Assembly: GCA_013265495.1 (NCBI GenBank)
Contig: MU058423.1
Coordinates: forward strand, 7,884,721 to 7,948,720
DNA: 64,000 bases
Direction: 5' to 3'
Source of the DNA: Vicugna vicugna
Taxonomy: Eukaryota
Made by a program: the position numbers and the translations under genes. The notes under the pieces are model-generated. The model was not told the DNA's origin. It made no database searches and saw nothing but the letters and a program-made list of their open reading frames with translations. Positions 11,752-24,995 of this stretch are shown piece by piece (within the stretch, counting starts at the first letter, position 1; the number at the start of each line of letters is the position of its first letter).

Positions 11752-13985
11752 GCAAATATAATTTGTTTTCATTGATCTAAAAAGTGTTATTTGTGATAAA
11801 CTATATAGGACCCTTTCTCTGTTTTTCTTTATTAAAACTTTCATCATTTCTCCAAAGCATTTTATTATAAAGTTGGTGTTTCAAAAAAACAGCTGAGACT
11901 GTCTAAATTAGCCTGTTGGAAATACATCTTAACTCCTAAATTTACAAATTCTATCATGTCCTTGTCATGAAAAGCACTAAAAAGAGCTTAAGTGGCTAAA
12001 GTCATAGTTTTACAAAAGATTAATGATCTGCCTTATATTAGACTCAGAGACTAATGGTGGCTTAAATGCATGAATGTCTTTTTTTTTTTTAACTCTGTCA
12101 TTTTTTACTGTCTTTTGCTCCACATCAGGAAATAATATTGGTAGAAATTAGGGGAAAAAAGCACTTTCCCCCTATGTATTTCTAAAAAATATTTAAGGAT
12201 CTTATTTCTATGAGAAACTAATATTAATCATTTTGCTGTTAAAAAATTCTCTGATGCGGTGCTGTACAGTCATTTTTAAATCTCTTGCTAACATTTTATT
12301 GGCAATATGTATTTCTACCATTGTAACCACCATTGTGCAATTGTACCTCTTCACTTCTGTGAAAGTAAGTAATATTTTTTATAAAAAACACTGAAGTTTA
12401 ATCTCAGTAATCATTATGGGTCAACTTTCAGGTGTAGTAAAGAAGGAATTATCTTCCCAGCTTACTTCTTTACATAAACATTATAAACTACAAAGAAAAT
12501 TAAATCAGATGCTTTACATAGAGTCTTTATTTTACCCCAAGTTTATTGGAACACTAACACTGAATCCTAAAACTGATTCAGGATGAGTTCATTCTGTTCA
12601 CTCCACTGAAAGCAATCCATACAACTGCTTGAAAGATGAAGCTGAGTCACAAAAAATGGACTTGAGCTAACTCTACGCATTCATTATACAATCAAATTTT
12701 GTTCTTTATAAATAAATATACTAATGTTTTAACTTATATTTTACATACAACTGGCAATAATGTAATTCCTGTGTCAGGACTCTAACAGTACATGAAGCAC
12801 ATATAAAAATTCTCAGAAAGAAAATTTCTGTAATGTCATCTAGACTTATAAACTCTGGAGAGCTATTGGCAAGATCTGTGCAAAAGAAAATTGTGGGAAA
12901 GTTTTGGAGTTGTCCGTGTGGTTTAAAACGTGTAAATAACCAATTCAGAAAATGATACAGGAAGGCAACCCCTTGTTATCCTGATTCATTGTGTGTAGAA
13001 ACAGTATAACCAAAAAAAAAAGCTTTAATAATATTTATGTTAATAACTCCAAAAATATATACTCAATATACATCAAATGTGTCACTGAGTTTGGATGTAC
13101 TCTCCACATACTAAAAACACTTAAGGCAGTTTTATGGAAACTAGTATGGGTTGGTTTACAATTTTAAAAGTATATTCTAAGATAAATAATATTTAACAAA
13201 TTGTAAATGTTTAGTTTCACTCATACTTAATATTGTCATTTCCTGTAAAGTAAGGATATAATAATTCAGATAAAGTATTGTGTAAAGAAGTAATAGTCAA
13301 GAGTAATTCATTTCAAATAACACAAGTAAAACGTCATTCTCAAATATCTCACTGTCAAAGTTGTAGGATGAAATAACTCAATCTTGAAATTGTTAAAATT
13401 TAACAAAGACTTCCTTTTTTTCCTACAAAAACTTAGCATGATTTAATGACCACTCTGGGTCCTTTAGCAATGTTGTTTTCTCTTTTAAATGTTTATGTTA
13501 AGTTTTCCTCTGCTTTTGAGTTAGAAAATTTAGGGGACTCACTTGTTATTGTACACACATCACACACACACACACAAAAATCAGTCAATACTCTGTACAT
13601 CAAGAGTTTGTATGAAGAAAGAAAATCAATTTCAGAAATGAATGAATTTTTAGTAAGTGGCCACTATAGTGGATTTCTGGGTCTTCATTACTTAAAAAAA
13701 TAATAATGTAATATGGTATCATATGCATTCAAAACCTGGATGATCACAGCTTTTTTGTGAGATGTGCAGCTTGTAAAGCACTTTGTTTTCTGTGTAAGAT
13801 TTCATCATCATATCCAATTTATAGTGTATGTGCTGCTAGAGCAAGCACAGTTTTTATTATTGTCACTAGAAGTGGGGATAATATGAGTTTAAAATTGTGA
13901 TTTGCATTAAACACTTAGTTTAAAAGCATTTTTTCTTAATAAATTATTATCAGTTTGTGCCTGAAATAAACTTACTCTAATTACT
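11752..13985 (+). other. OLFM3: OLFM3 3' UTR (~2.2 kb, AU-rich, no interspersed repeats seen)
   Basis: Follows the stop codon and ends at tandem AATAAA signals with a downstream GU/U-rich element. The end position is inferred. Confidence 0.7.
13553..13576 (+). repeat. Interrupted (CA)n microsatellite in the 3' UTR
   Basis: acacacatcacacacacacacaca. Confidence 0.8.
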
Positions 13986-13994
13986 GTGTTTTTT
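13938..13994 (+). terminator. Probable distal polyadenylation site of OLFM3
   Basis: AATAAA at 13938-13943 and 13965-13970, followed by TGTGTTTTTT at 13985-13994. Confidence 0.65.
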
Positions 13995-16699
13995 AAAAAT
14001 TTCCAACAAATAATAAATAAATTTTATGAGGGAAATAATGATCATTTAAAAATCACATGCCTAATCCAATCAGTAAAGAAATTCAAGCACAGAAAGTTTT
14101 AATTCTAACTGAACTGTGTAACTGGTTATTTTCTGAATTAACCAGGTCATTAACAAACTTCCATGTCACTTAAATAATAATATGATCATGGTCTGATTGT
14201 GTGACATTTGTATTTAAGGTACTTGAATCACAACACTTATTACTTGCACCTGCCCTTATATCTATGCGTTCAGAGAACAATACTGTTTAAGTGCATTATC
14301 AATATGCAGAGATAAAAAAAGAAAATAATGGCAAGTGCCTATGTGTAGTATTCCATACTGTAACAAGGTAACGTTCACCATGAAGTCAGAATCTCTGGTT
14401 CCTATCACCATACTCGTAGAGTCATTTCATCTTTATAATCCACAGTATTTTCTCTGATGAAATCTTATCTTCATAAAATCGATTCTTAGTCCTAACAGGA
14501 AAATGTTCCTTATATCTGAAAATCACTACCAAAATAACAAGTACAAATTTTTCAAACAGAAGAATTATTTTTAAAATACAAATATAAAGTTCTACTTATG
14601 TTCACTGACAAATGAAACCAGTTACTTTACTACTAAGGTAAATTTTACATATAATAATTCCTTAGCTTTATTCTCTTTAAATAGCAGATTTTCAAATATA
14701 AAAAGAACTCTATCTGGTCTCCTTAGCACTAAGGATTACCAAACTGCTTCTGCAAATGCTAAATTTGAGTGCAAATGATAGCAAAATTAAAAGTATTCCT
14801 TCAAGTTAGAGCAAATATGAAAAATTATCCACACTGCAGTTTCTAGAAGCCTTATAGAAATATGGCTACTTTTGAAAAAGAATTAAAATGGCACCTGGCT
14901 GACTTGACAAGGTAGGTATGATTATATTCTTTACCAAGCATACAAGCTGAGTTCCTATGACATTATAAAAGAATGTGCTCTTATAGACAAAACACACTTT
15001 GCCTCTCCATCATCACATGATAAGTAGACCAAGACAAAAGCTACTATAAAGTGGTCTACCTAGCACACTAATCAGGTGGCATCTATTAAAATTTAGATGC
15101 TATAAGATGATACAAAGCCTTAATCTCTGACTGCTTGTAGCTAAAAACAGTCATTTCTAGAAAGGCTTAGAGACACTAAATATCACTCAGCTCAGTAGGC
15201 TGGATCCATAATGAAATCAAGATCACAGAATGGTTTCCGTTTCTAAAATTGAGTAAGCTCAGTATAAATCTCTTAGCTAAAAGTTTCTTATAATCAGCAA
15301 TGCCTCAGAAAGAGTTTTGAGCTTAATAAAAATGTGTTCTTTTGAATTTTTGAACTTGTACTAGAAAAAATACAGTGAAAACATTAGCTTATGGAAGAAA
15401 AACCAACTTCACCGAACTCTTTTAGTTATTCTTCTATCCAATAATGAATTCAATTTATGGCAATCTCTGGAATAAAGAATATAAATCTGTTTACTATTTA
15501 ACCAATCAGAAAAAAATCCTCCCCAAACTGACTTTACCAGGCTAATTTTTCTGAATCATATCTTACAATTATATGATATAATTTATCCCTTTTCCGTTAG
15601 GTTAAGAAGAGCTTAAATCCTGTTTGGTGTCTGCCTTGTCTCCAAAACGTCAAATTAGTTGGCAGAAAACATATCTCTTTGAAGCTCAGTTCATCGATTG
15701 CCAAATAAGTTCTACAAGTGTAAATTATTATTGAACATGACTTGAAAATAGTATAAAAGAAGGAGATAAAGTTGTACCTTGTCCAGAGTACATAAGTACC
15801 GTTCATAACTATAACCATCTTAAAACATTATTCATAGTTAGAAATGTGGAACAATATGGTAAATATGGAAGAGCTCCCAGGAATATTTCAGTGTTGCAAG
15901 AAACCTGCTAATCAACAATACACATATATGCAGTTCAGCATCAAGTCACATCCCTACCAAAGCTATCGTATTCCCAGAAGAGTTCACATTTAAAAAAAAA
16001 AAGTAACTAAAATACTGCCATAACATATCATTCCCTGCCACAATTCAGACTTGGAAATACTGCATATCATGCTGACATTTTCAGAAAATAAATATTACAC
16101 GGTAAAAGTCTTGAAAATGGAGCAAAAAAAATGAGCTGATAGAAGCATTAGCCATTTTAAGTTAAAGCATATTGTAGAAATATATCATAATGCTTATCTT
16201 AGTAACACATATCCAGCCAGCTCTTTGTCTATACCATTCTTGACTTCACATGAATTCATATATGTTACCAATGAGTAGTTTATGGGCTTTCTAACTACAT
16301 AATACTGCATTATTTATTCAAAAAATAATCTCAGAAAAAAACTGTGTGTCAGATGATTTCTAGATGCTAGGGATGCAGCCGTCAACAGATAAATAAGGTC
16401 TTCATGTGCTTAAATTCTAGTGAGACCAGGCTGCAACAAAAACGTTAATGAAAAGTAAGTTTTGATTGTACTAACTGCTATGAAGGAAATAAATAAGTAT
16501 CTCATAAAGAGTGACTGGATGTTCGCTAGGGGTGAGGTGGGGTGGAAGATGTTTAGGTGGGAAAGTCAAGATAAATTCAATCAAGGAATGAAATGTCAGG
16601 ATCTAATTCACACAAAAAATTTCACCTCTTCCTCTTTGTTCCTAGAAATAAGGATCAAATATTTCTTAATACTTCTCTACTGTACAAGTTTTGTTGTTG

Positions 16700-16860
16700 T
16701 TGTGTTTTTTAACTTGGAGTTCAAGGGTATACTTCTGGGAACAGCTGCAGTCCCTGAAAATATATTCTAAATTTAGTGTCTATATGTGCTTTCACATTTT
16801 TTTTTACAGGGAATTTACAGCTTTCATCACAGTCTCAAAAAAAGCTATGACCCAAAAGAT
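16700..16860. mobile_element. hAT-Charlie MITE fragment (MER103-like)
   Basis: tttttaacttggagttcaagg...acagctttcatcacagtctcaaaaaagctatgacccaaaaga resembles MER103; judged from memory. Confidence 0.4.
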
Positions 16861-19106
16861 CACCATTATGTCAATGTAATTTTAATTCCAGATTTATTAA
16901 GCATCTATATGATGAGCACTGAATGTCTGTCATCTATCTTTCAATTCTCAAGAATTTTAGTTTGCTTCAGAGAGGAAAGAAATTAACATCCTAGTATTAT
17001 CAGTATTTTTTTTCCTCAGAAGAACTCAAGATTAAGTTATTCCCTATAAACAACCTTTAAAGGGATTTTTTTTATATTTGGACCAAATCCAATTATTTTC
17101 CTCTCAGAAAAACATTCTCAGCAGATTTGGTGACTAAGAGACTCTATTATGAGGCCTGTCCTGTATCTTTTTGAGTCTAGAGAACATTCTCTCCTAATTC
17201 TGATGCAGTCTTTTGGCAGCACCAACAGAATCTGAATGGAATTGAGCAGATGTGTTGTGCTCCATCAAATTTAAATGCAAACTCCTGAAATTAGCTACCG
17301 TGGCAACAAGAAAGATTACAACTCTTGCCTTGGTTTAGAACTTACTGTGGTTGATATGCATGTAATCTAGAGCTACAGAAAAAAGAATTTTTATTAAAAA
17401 AAAAACTCCAGCCACATTTAGACACATAAAGTCATGCTGAAGAGAGAATTGAAGCTGCTTCCATCAGTGATACTTAGTTTGATTGTTTTAATTCCCCAAA
17501 GTACTTAAGAAGGCATCCATTAGCTTCCACTCCAATGTGAACCAAAACTAATTTTAAAAAAGTATTTTCATTTTCTCTTTAATCTTTATTAAACTCCATT
17601 AGAAACTACCCTTGAAATATGCAGCATGCATTGAAAAAGAAGTTGAACGTGTCTTCAAATAAGTAATGCGTTCTTATACTCAAATGACATATGCCCTTCA
17701 GGCAAAGTTTATTTAGCCCAGCAAAATGGTTAAAATACATAATTAACTTACGATTAGCTTTTCTTGCCATTCTTCCTTAGAAAACATGCACTAAACAAAC
17801 ATAATCAAAAGAACTCTTTCCATTGTACATTGATTTCTATTGTTCAAGACTATTTCATTTCCATTCTTTCATGTAAGGCCTTATAACATACCTGTGGAAT
17901 AGGGGGAGCAAACATACTCCCATTTTACAAATGAGTAAACAGAACATGTATGTTTCAATGTTTACAGTTCTACATCGATAGTCCATAGGCATCTTACACT
18001 CAGTATGCTTCAAACCAAAATTCTTATCTTTCCCTCACCTGCCCCCCCAATCTACTTTTCCTTCCTACACCAGGAACGTGCCATTCCATCCACAGCCTTG
18101 TTTTCTACCACATCTTTGGCAATTTAAATACACCTGTCCCTTCCATTATCTGATGTCTATGATAAGTAAACAAAATCTAACCATATTTAAAATCTAAATC
18201 AATGCCATTCTAGATATCTGTTCTCAACAAGTGTCTTCCAATTTGTTTGGTTCACTCACTGTTTTCTGCTCTATTCAATCAACCCTCTTGATCTCCAAAT
18301 CTACACCCAGAAGCAGTGCCCTATTTGGAAATACCTCTTTTGTTTACTGACCTCTGATTCCTCTCCTGTATAATCAGTTTTACCTTTTGCTTTGGCCAAG
18401 GGCCACTTCCATCAGCTATGGCTTCATAGAATAGTCCCTGACCAAGCAAGCATCCTACTTTCCAAGTCAGTTTAAAGGGTGGGTTTTATACCTTCTCTCA
18501 TAATTCACATTTAAGACTGACCTCTTACTCTTTCTTTTACTCTCTATAATTAAATTTCTATTCATCATTCAGAATTCACTTAAAATATCACTTGATTTCT
18601 GACACCTACAAAAAGATATTCTTTTGTGTTCCCAAAGTATGCATCTTATATTATCAAAATTATCACGTCACATTGTAATTTTGTGTTTCCTCCAAGGTAG
18701 TGTGGACTCTTCAAAAGTAGGGCAATAAGTTATATTTCTTGGCAAAATGTCTGACACAAAATGACCCCACAGTAAATATTAATAACCCAAGAAGTATAAT
18801 ACTGAATGGTAAGGTAACCACCTTTCCATGTCTAAAAACAATAAGAACATTGTTCAATTTTGAGAACTTCTTGAGAAATTAAAATTTACAAATTTACTGT
18901 ATTGAAAATAAATTTCCATCTCTTATTAAGGTCAGATTCTAAATACAATAAGTATAAAGAAGACAAAATTGGGCTTAATTTACTCTCTTGAGTAAACTGG
19001 TTTCTCCACAATAAAGGAAATTTTATTTCAGGATTATTTACTGTAAACTTTATTTCTACAGCTACCATAGTTATTTGCACTATTTCTCTCCTTAACATCC
19101 ACTTTT

Positions 19107-19547
19107 GTGTTTATATGTATATATTTTATATATATTTTAATTGAAGTATAGTCAGTTTACAATGCTGTTGTCAGTTTCTAGTGTATAGCATAATTCTTCA
19201 GTCATACATGTACATATATTTGTTTTCATATTCTTTTTCACCAAAAGTTACTACAAGATATTGAATATAGTTCCCTGTGCTATACAGTATGAACTTGTTT
19301 ATCATTTTATATATATCAGTTAGTATCTGCAAATCTCAAACTCCCAATTTATCCCCTCCCATCCCCTTCTCCCTCTGGTAACCATAAGTTTGTTTTCTAT
19401 GTCTGTGAGTCTGTTTCTGTTTTGTAAATAAGTCAATTTGTTTTTTTGTTGGGGGGGGTTGTCCACATATAAGTGATATCATACGGTTTCTCTTTCTGGC
19501 TTACTTCGCTTAGAATGACAATCTCCAGGTTCATCCATATTGCTGCA
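19107..19547 (-). mobile_element. 5'-truncated camelid-type L1 (3' UTR)
   Basis: ttgaagtatagtcagtttacaatg... L1 3' end. Flanking TSD AACATCCACTTTT (19094-19106) / AACACCCAATTTT (19548-19560), 11/13 identical. Confidence 0.9.
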
Positions 19548-22500
19548 AACACCCAATTTTTAAAAGGAAAAAGCCACTCAATTTTTGGTTCCCTATTTTT
19601 GCCTTTTTTCTCCTGTAAGTAAAGGCTTCTCTTAGGAATATACTTTGTCTTGGCAAAACAGATATGATTCTATCAAAGTGGCATGTGCTGCCGGGCCAGG
19701 GAAAAATGAAAGAGCCATAACTCCCCTCTTATATGTTACTCCCTCTTTCTTATCCTGTGTTTTCAGAGGGCACACAAACAAAAATTCTGATTTTCATTAA
19801 TTTGTCAATGATTCTACATAAATGCACCTTCTAAGTAACAACAGTGAAGATTAGGTCTTCATACAGTGCAAGTAACTCTTTCAGAAGGCAGAGTATCTGT
19901 TCTAAAATTAGATCTAACAGTATGTCTTTGAGCAAGTATCCTGGTTTCCATAAATAAAAACACTGCACTCATCAGTAGCTTTCAAAAGCTCCCCTTTAGA
20001 ATCTGAGGTTTCTACAGGGATCCCTCAGAGTCTACCACAAAGACAGAGGAACTTAACTGAGGTGGGACAATGAACTACAAACTCTCCACCACTCCACCAC
20101 CTCCAGTAAAACTGACTTTCCTTTTATCTACTTTTAAAACTTCTATGTTAAGCTTTTATTGTCAGAAAACATTTTTGTTGTTTTTCTTTTAAGTATAAAA
20201 ACCACTTACCTAGACGGCCCCCAAGGTTTCTTTCAACTTTAACCTTCTCCTAATCTGTTATTGTAAAAGATCAATAAAGACTCTGCATGAATTGGGACTC
20301 AGATGTTTGTATATCTCAGATTGAAAGGGAAAAAAATGCCATAGATAAAGGAGAGGTAAAAGTGAAAGTTTACCAACTCAGATTCCAAAAGTTCTCAAGT
20401 CCTTTCTAGAGGGCTACCATATTACATTAAAGCTAAGACAAGCATTCCATATTGTTCTCTACTACTTGACTGGAACTTGCTTCCTGACTAGAAGTGTCCC
20501 CTCCCCTAATAAATCAGTTCAAAATCCATGGTTCTTTCCTCTTCACACAACTGTTAAGAACTCATCCTCTCACATGGCTTCAACTATTACCGAATGACTT
20601 CCAAATCTAGTCATGTCTCCAAGTTCAGAATTTCTATCTAAGTGATACCTACATGTAAATAATGTTCCATCAATATAAAGGTGGCATATCCATAAATGAA
20701 CGAATCTTTCTTATACTAGCTTCCCCAGGAAGTAAAGTCTAACCCCCTTAACTCAATACACACAAACCTCCATTATCCTCAACAAATAAATACTTAGTTT
20801 TCACTCACCATTTTTTCCTTGCTATTCCTTCTACCCATAGCACTATCTGTAATATCTTTCTTATCTGGTTAATTCTTTCCTGTGTTTCAAAGATGAGCTT
20901 AGGTTTTGCTTCTTCTAGGAAGCATTCCTAACTATTCCCTCAGCTATGCTATTTGTTCCCTTTTTGTGTTGTCACATAACCAGGTACCTGCTGCAATCAC
21001 AGCACTTTGTCTGCCTCACATCCTGGACTATGAGTCTCCTGAGTTCACTATATTAGCATAGCATTCCCTGGCAAACTGTACATTCTCTATGTTGCTGGCT
21101 TGACGAGCCAAACAATTATATTTCATCAATAACATCACTACTCTTCTAGACATATCTAACTCTTCCAGCACCTTCATTCCCTATGTCCAAACTCTCACTA
21201 AAATACAAAGATATGTATTTTCTTCTTTTAAAAGATTTGTCTTCCATCTTAATGACTCACTCCAACACCACACGTAACACAAGGTCTCACCATCTTCTGC
21301 CTACAAAATGTATTCCAAATGCTGCTGGCAGATACCTATCTCCAATCTCACCTCACAAAATCTAACCTGCATTCTTCCATCGAATTCATCCCAATAAAGC
21401 ATTATGATACTCCCTGTTCATTAACAAATCATAGTTTTCTGGTTCCCATTACCTCTATTTCAGGCTACTCTGAGTAAATCCACCTGTCATTTACAACTTT
21501 ATTTTCCATTAGTATCCAACATACTCCTCTAGTCCTGCCATAAAGTCCACATGCATAATACAAGTCTTCTTCCCTCTAAGCTTATATCCATATTCTGAAT
21601 GTTTTCATTCCTTTCTTGTTATCAAAATCTTTGCTTATGCAAAGCTCACTTAGTCCAAATAATTCCATATAGAACATCAACATTAAAAAATAAACATAAG
21701 CAGGAGTAAGACAAGTTTGCAAGAAAACATGCAGCTTTTGCCTTTGCAGGAATACATTCTGATGTGGTCCAATGATTTTCAGGAAAGGTCTAGTTCACAC
21801 ATTTATAAAACAAACAGACATAAAGCCTTGTCCTTGACCTTATAGTCTAATTATTTTCCAAAATATATGTAAGCTGTTGTGTTAGACCTACCTCTGTCAG
21901 AAGCTGACTAGTGATGCTATAAAATCTCCTCAAATAAACCCTATATTTGAACCAACATTTTACTGCAGCTCACATTGTTCATGTTGCTCTGGAGGAATGA
22001 TACAACTTCTACTAGTTCTAAGAAACAGAACCTCTTCTAATGAATCCCCAAAGGAAACTGGAGTATTTATTAAAGAATAAACAGGTCTGGACTACACTGA
22101 AATTCCTCCTTGGGGACTTTAATCTTTCTGGGGCTTTCTTTAGACTGATTCTGAAATTTCTTACATATATTGAAAACTTCTTGAAAACCTAATATTTCAA
22201 CTCCACCAAAACAAGAGAGGCCCATTAGGATCAGAATGTGTAATAAAGGAAGGAAAGAAACCAGGCAACGTAAGATAAAATAAAGCTCAGTAAGAAAACA
22301 AGAAGTTTAGGTTATATACAAGTCTACTGTAAGTTGAGACAATTCATTCCTTCTTTCAGCAAATATTTATGGTGTATCCATGAAAAAGCAGGCGTATCCA
22401 TGTTAAACAAGCTAGGTATTAGTTACTGTGGACAGTGAAGTTAATTAAAGGCAGACTGAGGGGCTGCATTTATGAATTTTGCACTCCATGCACTTGACTA

Positions 22501-22619
22501 GGTGTGCCTTGAATTTCAAAAGAGCAAGAGGAAGACATTGACCACTTTGTTAAATGCTTCTTGATCAAACTCAGCTGCAAGATTCAATTTCATGTCATTG
22601 AATCTGCTTATTTTCTTTC

Positions 22620-22748
22620 CTTTTAGAATGCTCCATCATGGCAGGGATCACGGCTGTCTTATGCTTTTACCTGCAGTGCCTAAATTAGTGCCGAGAATAT
22701 AGTAGTATTCCAAGAAATAGTGGCTGAATGAATGAATGAATGAATGAA
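22620..22748 (+). mobile_element. L2 3' end with (TGAA)n tail
   Basis: tagaatgctccatcatggcagggatc...cagtgcctaaattagtgcc...ctgaatgaatgaatgaatgaatgaa. Confidence 0.75.
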
Positions 22749-24869
22749 GCAATCAGTTGTTGGAAATCAACAAGTATCTCAGTCATAACTCCAAACTGTA
22801 CATATTAATATTTGATGTAGTTTAGTTGCTTATTTCTTCATTAGCTTTTGAATTAGGCTTTGGACTTTTTCTTAATATTCGTTAATAGGATTAAATACTT
22901 GTTTGTTTAAACACTGTGGTTAAGTGGCTGGTTAAAAGAATTTCCAAGTTTTGAATCTACAATAACACAAGCCAAATACCTCAGTTTTTTTTACCTCTGA
23001 AGAGATAACAATGGAACAGTGTGCTTATTATAAGATTTTCTGTAGCTATTACTACTAACAATAATAATAATGCTAGACTAACAACAGAGAAGATTAATTG
23101 GTAGTATCTCTTTGCACTCCCAGAGTCAGTTTTTTTTAAACTCAGATAACAGAAACAAGTATTTTGGAACTTAGAGTTAAATATTTTTATCTCTTCCTTT
23201 ATTCATGTCTGTGGAGCCATAACCAAATTACTGAGAGAGAAATTTGCTTTCTAATAAGAGCTGAGATGTCTTCATTATTTTTTTCTTTGTCAGAATTTTA
23301 GTGTTCCACTTTTATAGCTAGGCAGCTTAGCCCTTCTGTTCTCATAGCTAGCAGGCAATTGGAAATTCCTTACCTTTCCCTGAGAGAGAGAGTTGCACAA
23401 TATAAAGTCAGTATTTCCCTAAAACTCATCAACATCTGTTATAGTCATAAGTAACTTGCCTCAGAGTCTCCCCCAAACATCCTGCAGAGCTTTGCCTACA
23501 GCCACTGCTTCAGCCAGTAAAATAAAGTAAACGCCTTGTAAGAATGATGTACGGACCTAAGGAGCACAGAATGCAGTTGAGTAAAGAAGGCATAAAGTGC
23601 TATATATGACATAGGAATTGATTTTGATTAAATTAGATGTACTGGGTCATTTGTTGATGTTCCAATTCCATGTAAGTTCTGATTTCCCTAAGTGCCATAG
23701 AATTACTATAGTATAAAAAGAGGATAAGGAAAAAAAAAAAAACTTAAGTTCCAAAAAGTTATCTTTACCATATAAATACTATGTTTGTTTTACTGACTTA
23801 TCAAATCATCAAATCAAATAATATAAAGTCTTCAGTTCATATTGATATTGTAGATTTTTCTTTTCTATAACTTAGGCCCTCAAAGACATAGCAGCTGTAA
23901 AGTCTCGTTTTACCAGCAATTTACAGATATTCAAATGGCTAGACTGCAGAATTTAATCCTCATAAGAATCCTGCTGAGTTTTAGTCCCTAGCAGTGAGAA
24001 CTTCTTCTGCCTTTCCTGTCACTATCAGGAAAGCTGTACCAAGATATTTCACTTTTTTTGAATTTCATCTATAAACTAGCTAGTACTGAATCCTCCTTCA
24101 TCAAAGCCTAAGGTGCTTACCTACAAGAGATAGGGATTTCCTAAGATACATCTGGTCAATCTGAGATCAGGTTTCCTAAGCATAAGAGATGACCAAAAAA
24201 ACAAGAATTCATAATTCTGTATAAGGTATATTAACCAACATTATTTAAAAAGCAGAGCTAGACAATATGGCTGATAGACAACAAGGCTATTTAAAAAAAC
24301 AGAGACAGACAACAGGCTGATAAAAAAATAAAGCAATAAAATAATAAAGCAAAACAAAAATGTAATCTGGATTGTAGTTTATACTCATCACTACTCCCAC
24401 TGGCAGGAGTTAAAAGGGGGCCTTGACTGCTAAGAATAAATGTTTTATCCTCTCCTACCCTGTGTCTAATGGTGAAGAGTGAAAAGGAAGCCAGAGAACT
24501 CTGTGTGCCCCTGGCAAGAAGTCCCTGCCTCCTCATCCGCACTGTCCAATAATCGTAGCCTGCAGTCATCAAATCTGACCTCTTTACAGTTCAAGAAACC
24601 TAGAATTGCAGGTCATTCTAACCTGCAACGGCACTGCACATCCACTTTCAGACTGCTGACTCTCACTCAGAGTGTCCTCTAGAACTCAAAATCTGTCATA
24701 GGCAAAACCCCTTACCTTTCTAACTTCATTGTTAGAATGCTCAGTGTCCTCAATGCTCTCAATGATCCCCTTGCCTCCTTGGACAAACTAAAACATGCCT
24801 ACAGAACTAGTTTTTAAATCTAGCTCGGTTTCTTAGATGTTTGTGGGTATTTTTGTTTGATTTTTTTAT

Positions 24870-24995
24870 TCTATTCTCTGGGATCCACCTTCATAGATCC
24901 CGATCTAGTCGGTTTGAAATGGGGCTCAGCAACAGTAATATTTTTAAAGTTTCTGAGAAGATTCTAGTACACAATCAGTGCTGAAAACCTCTGCT
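24870..24995. mobile_element. MER5-like hAT-Charlie fragment
   Basis: gatctagtcggtttgaaatggggctcagcaac...gattctagtacacaatcagtgctgaaaacctctg resembles MER5. Confidence 0.5.
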
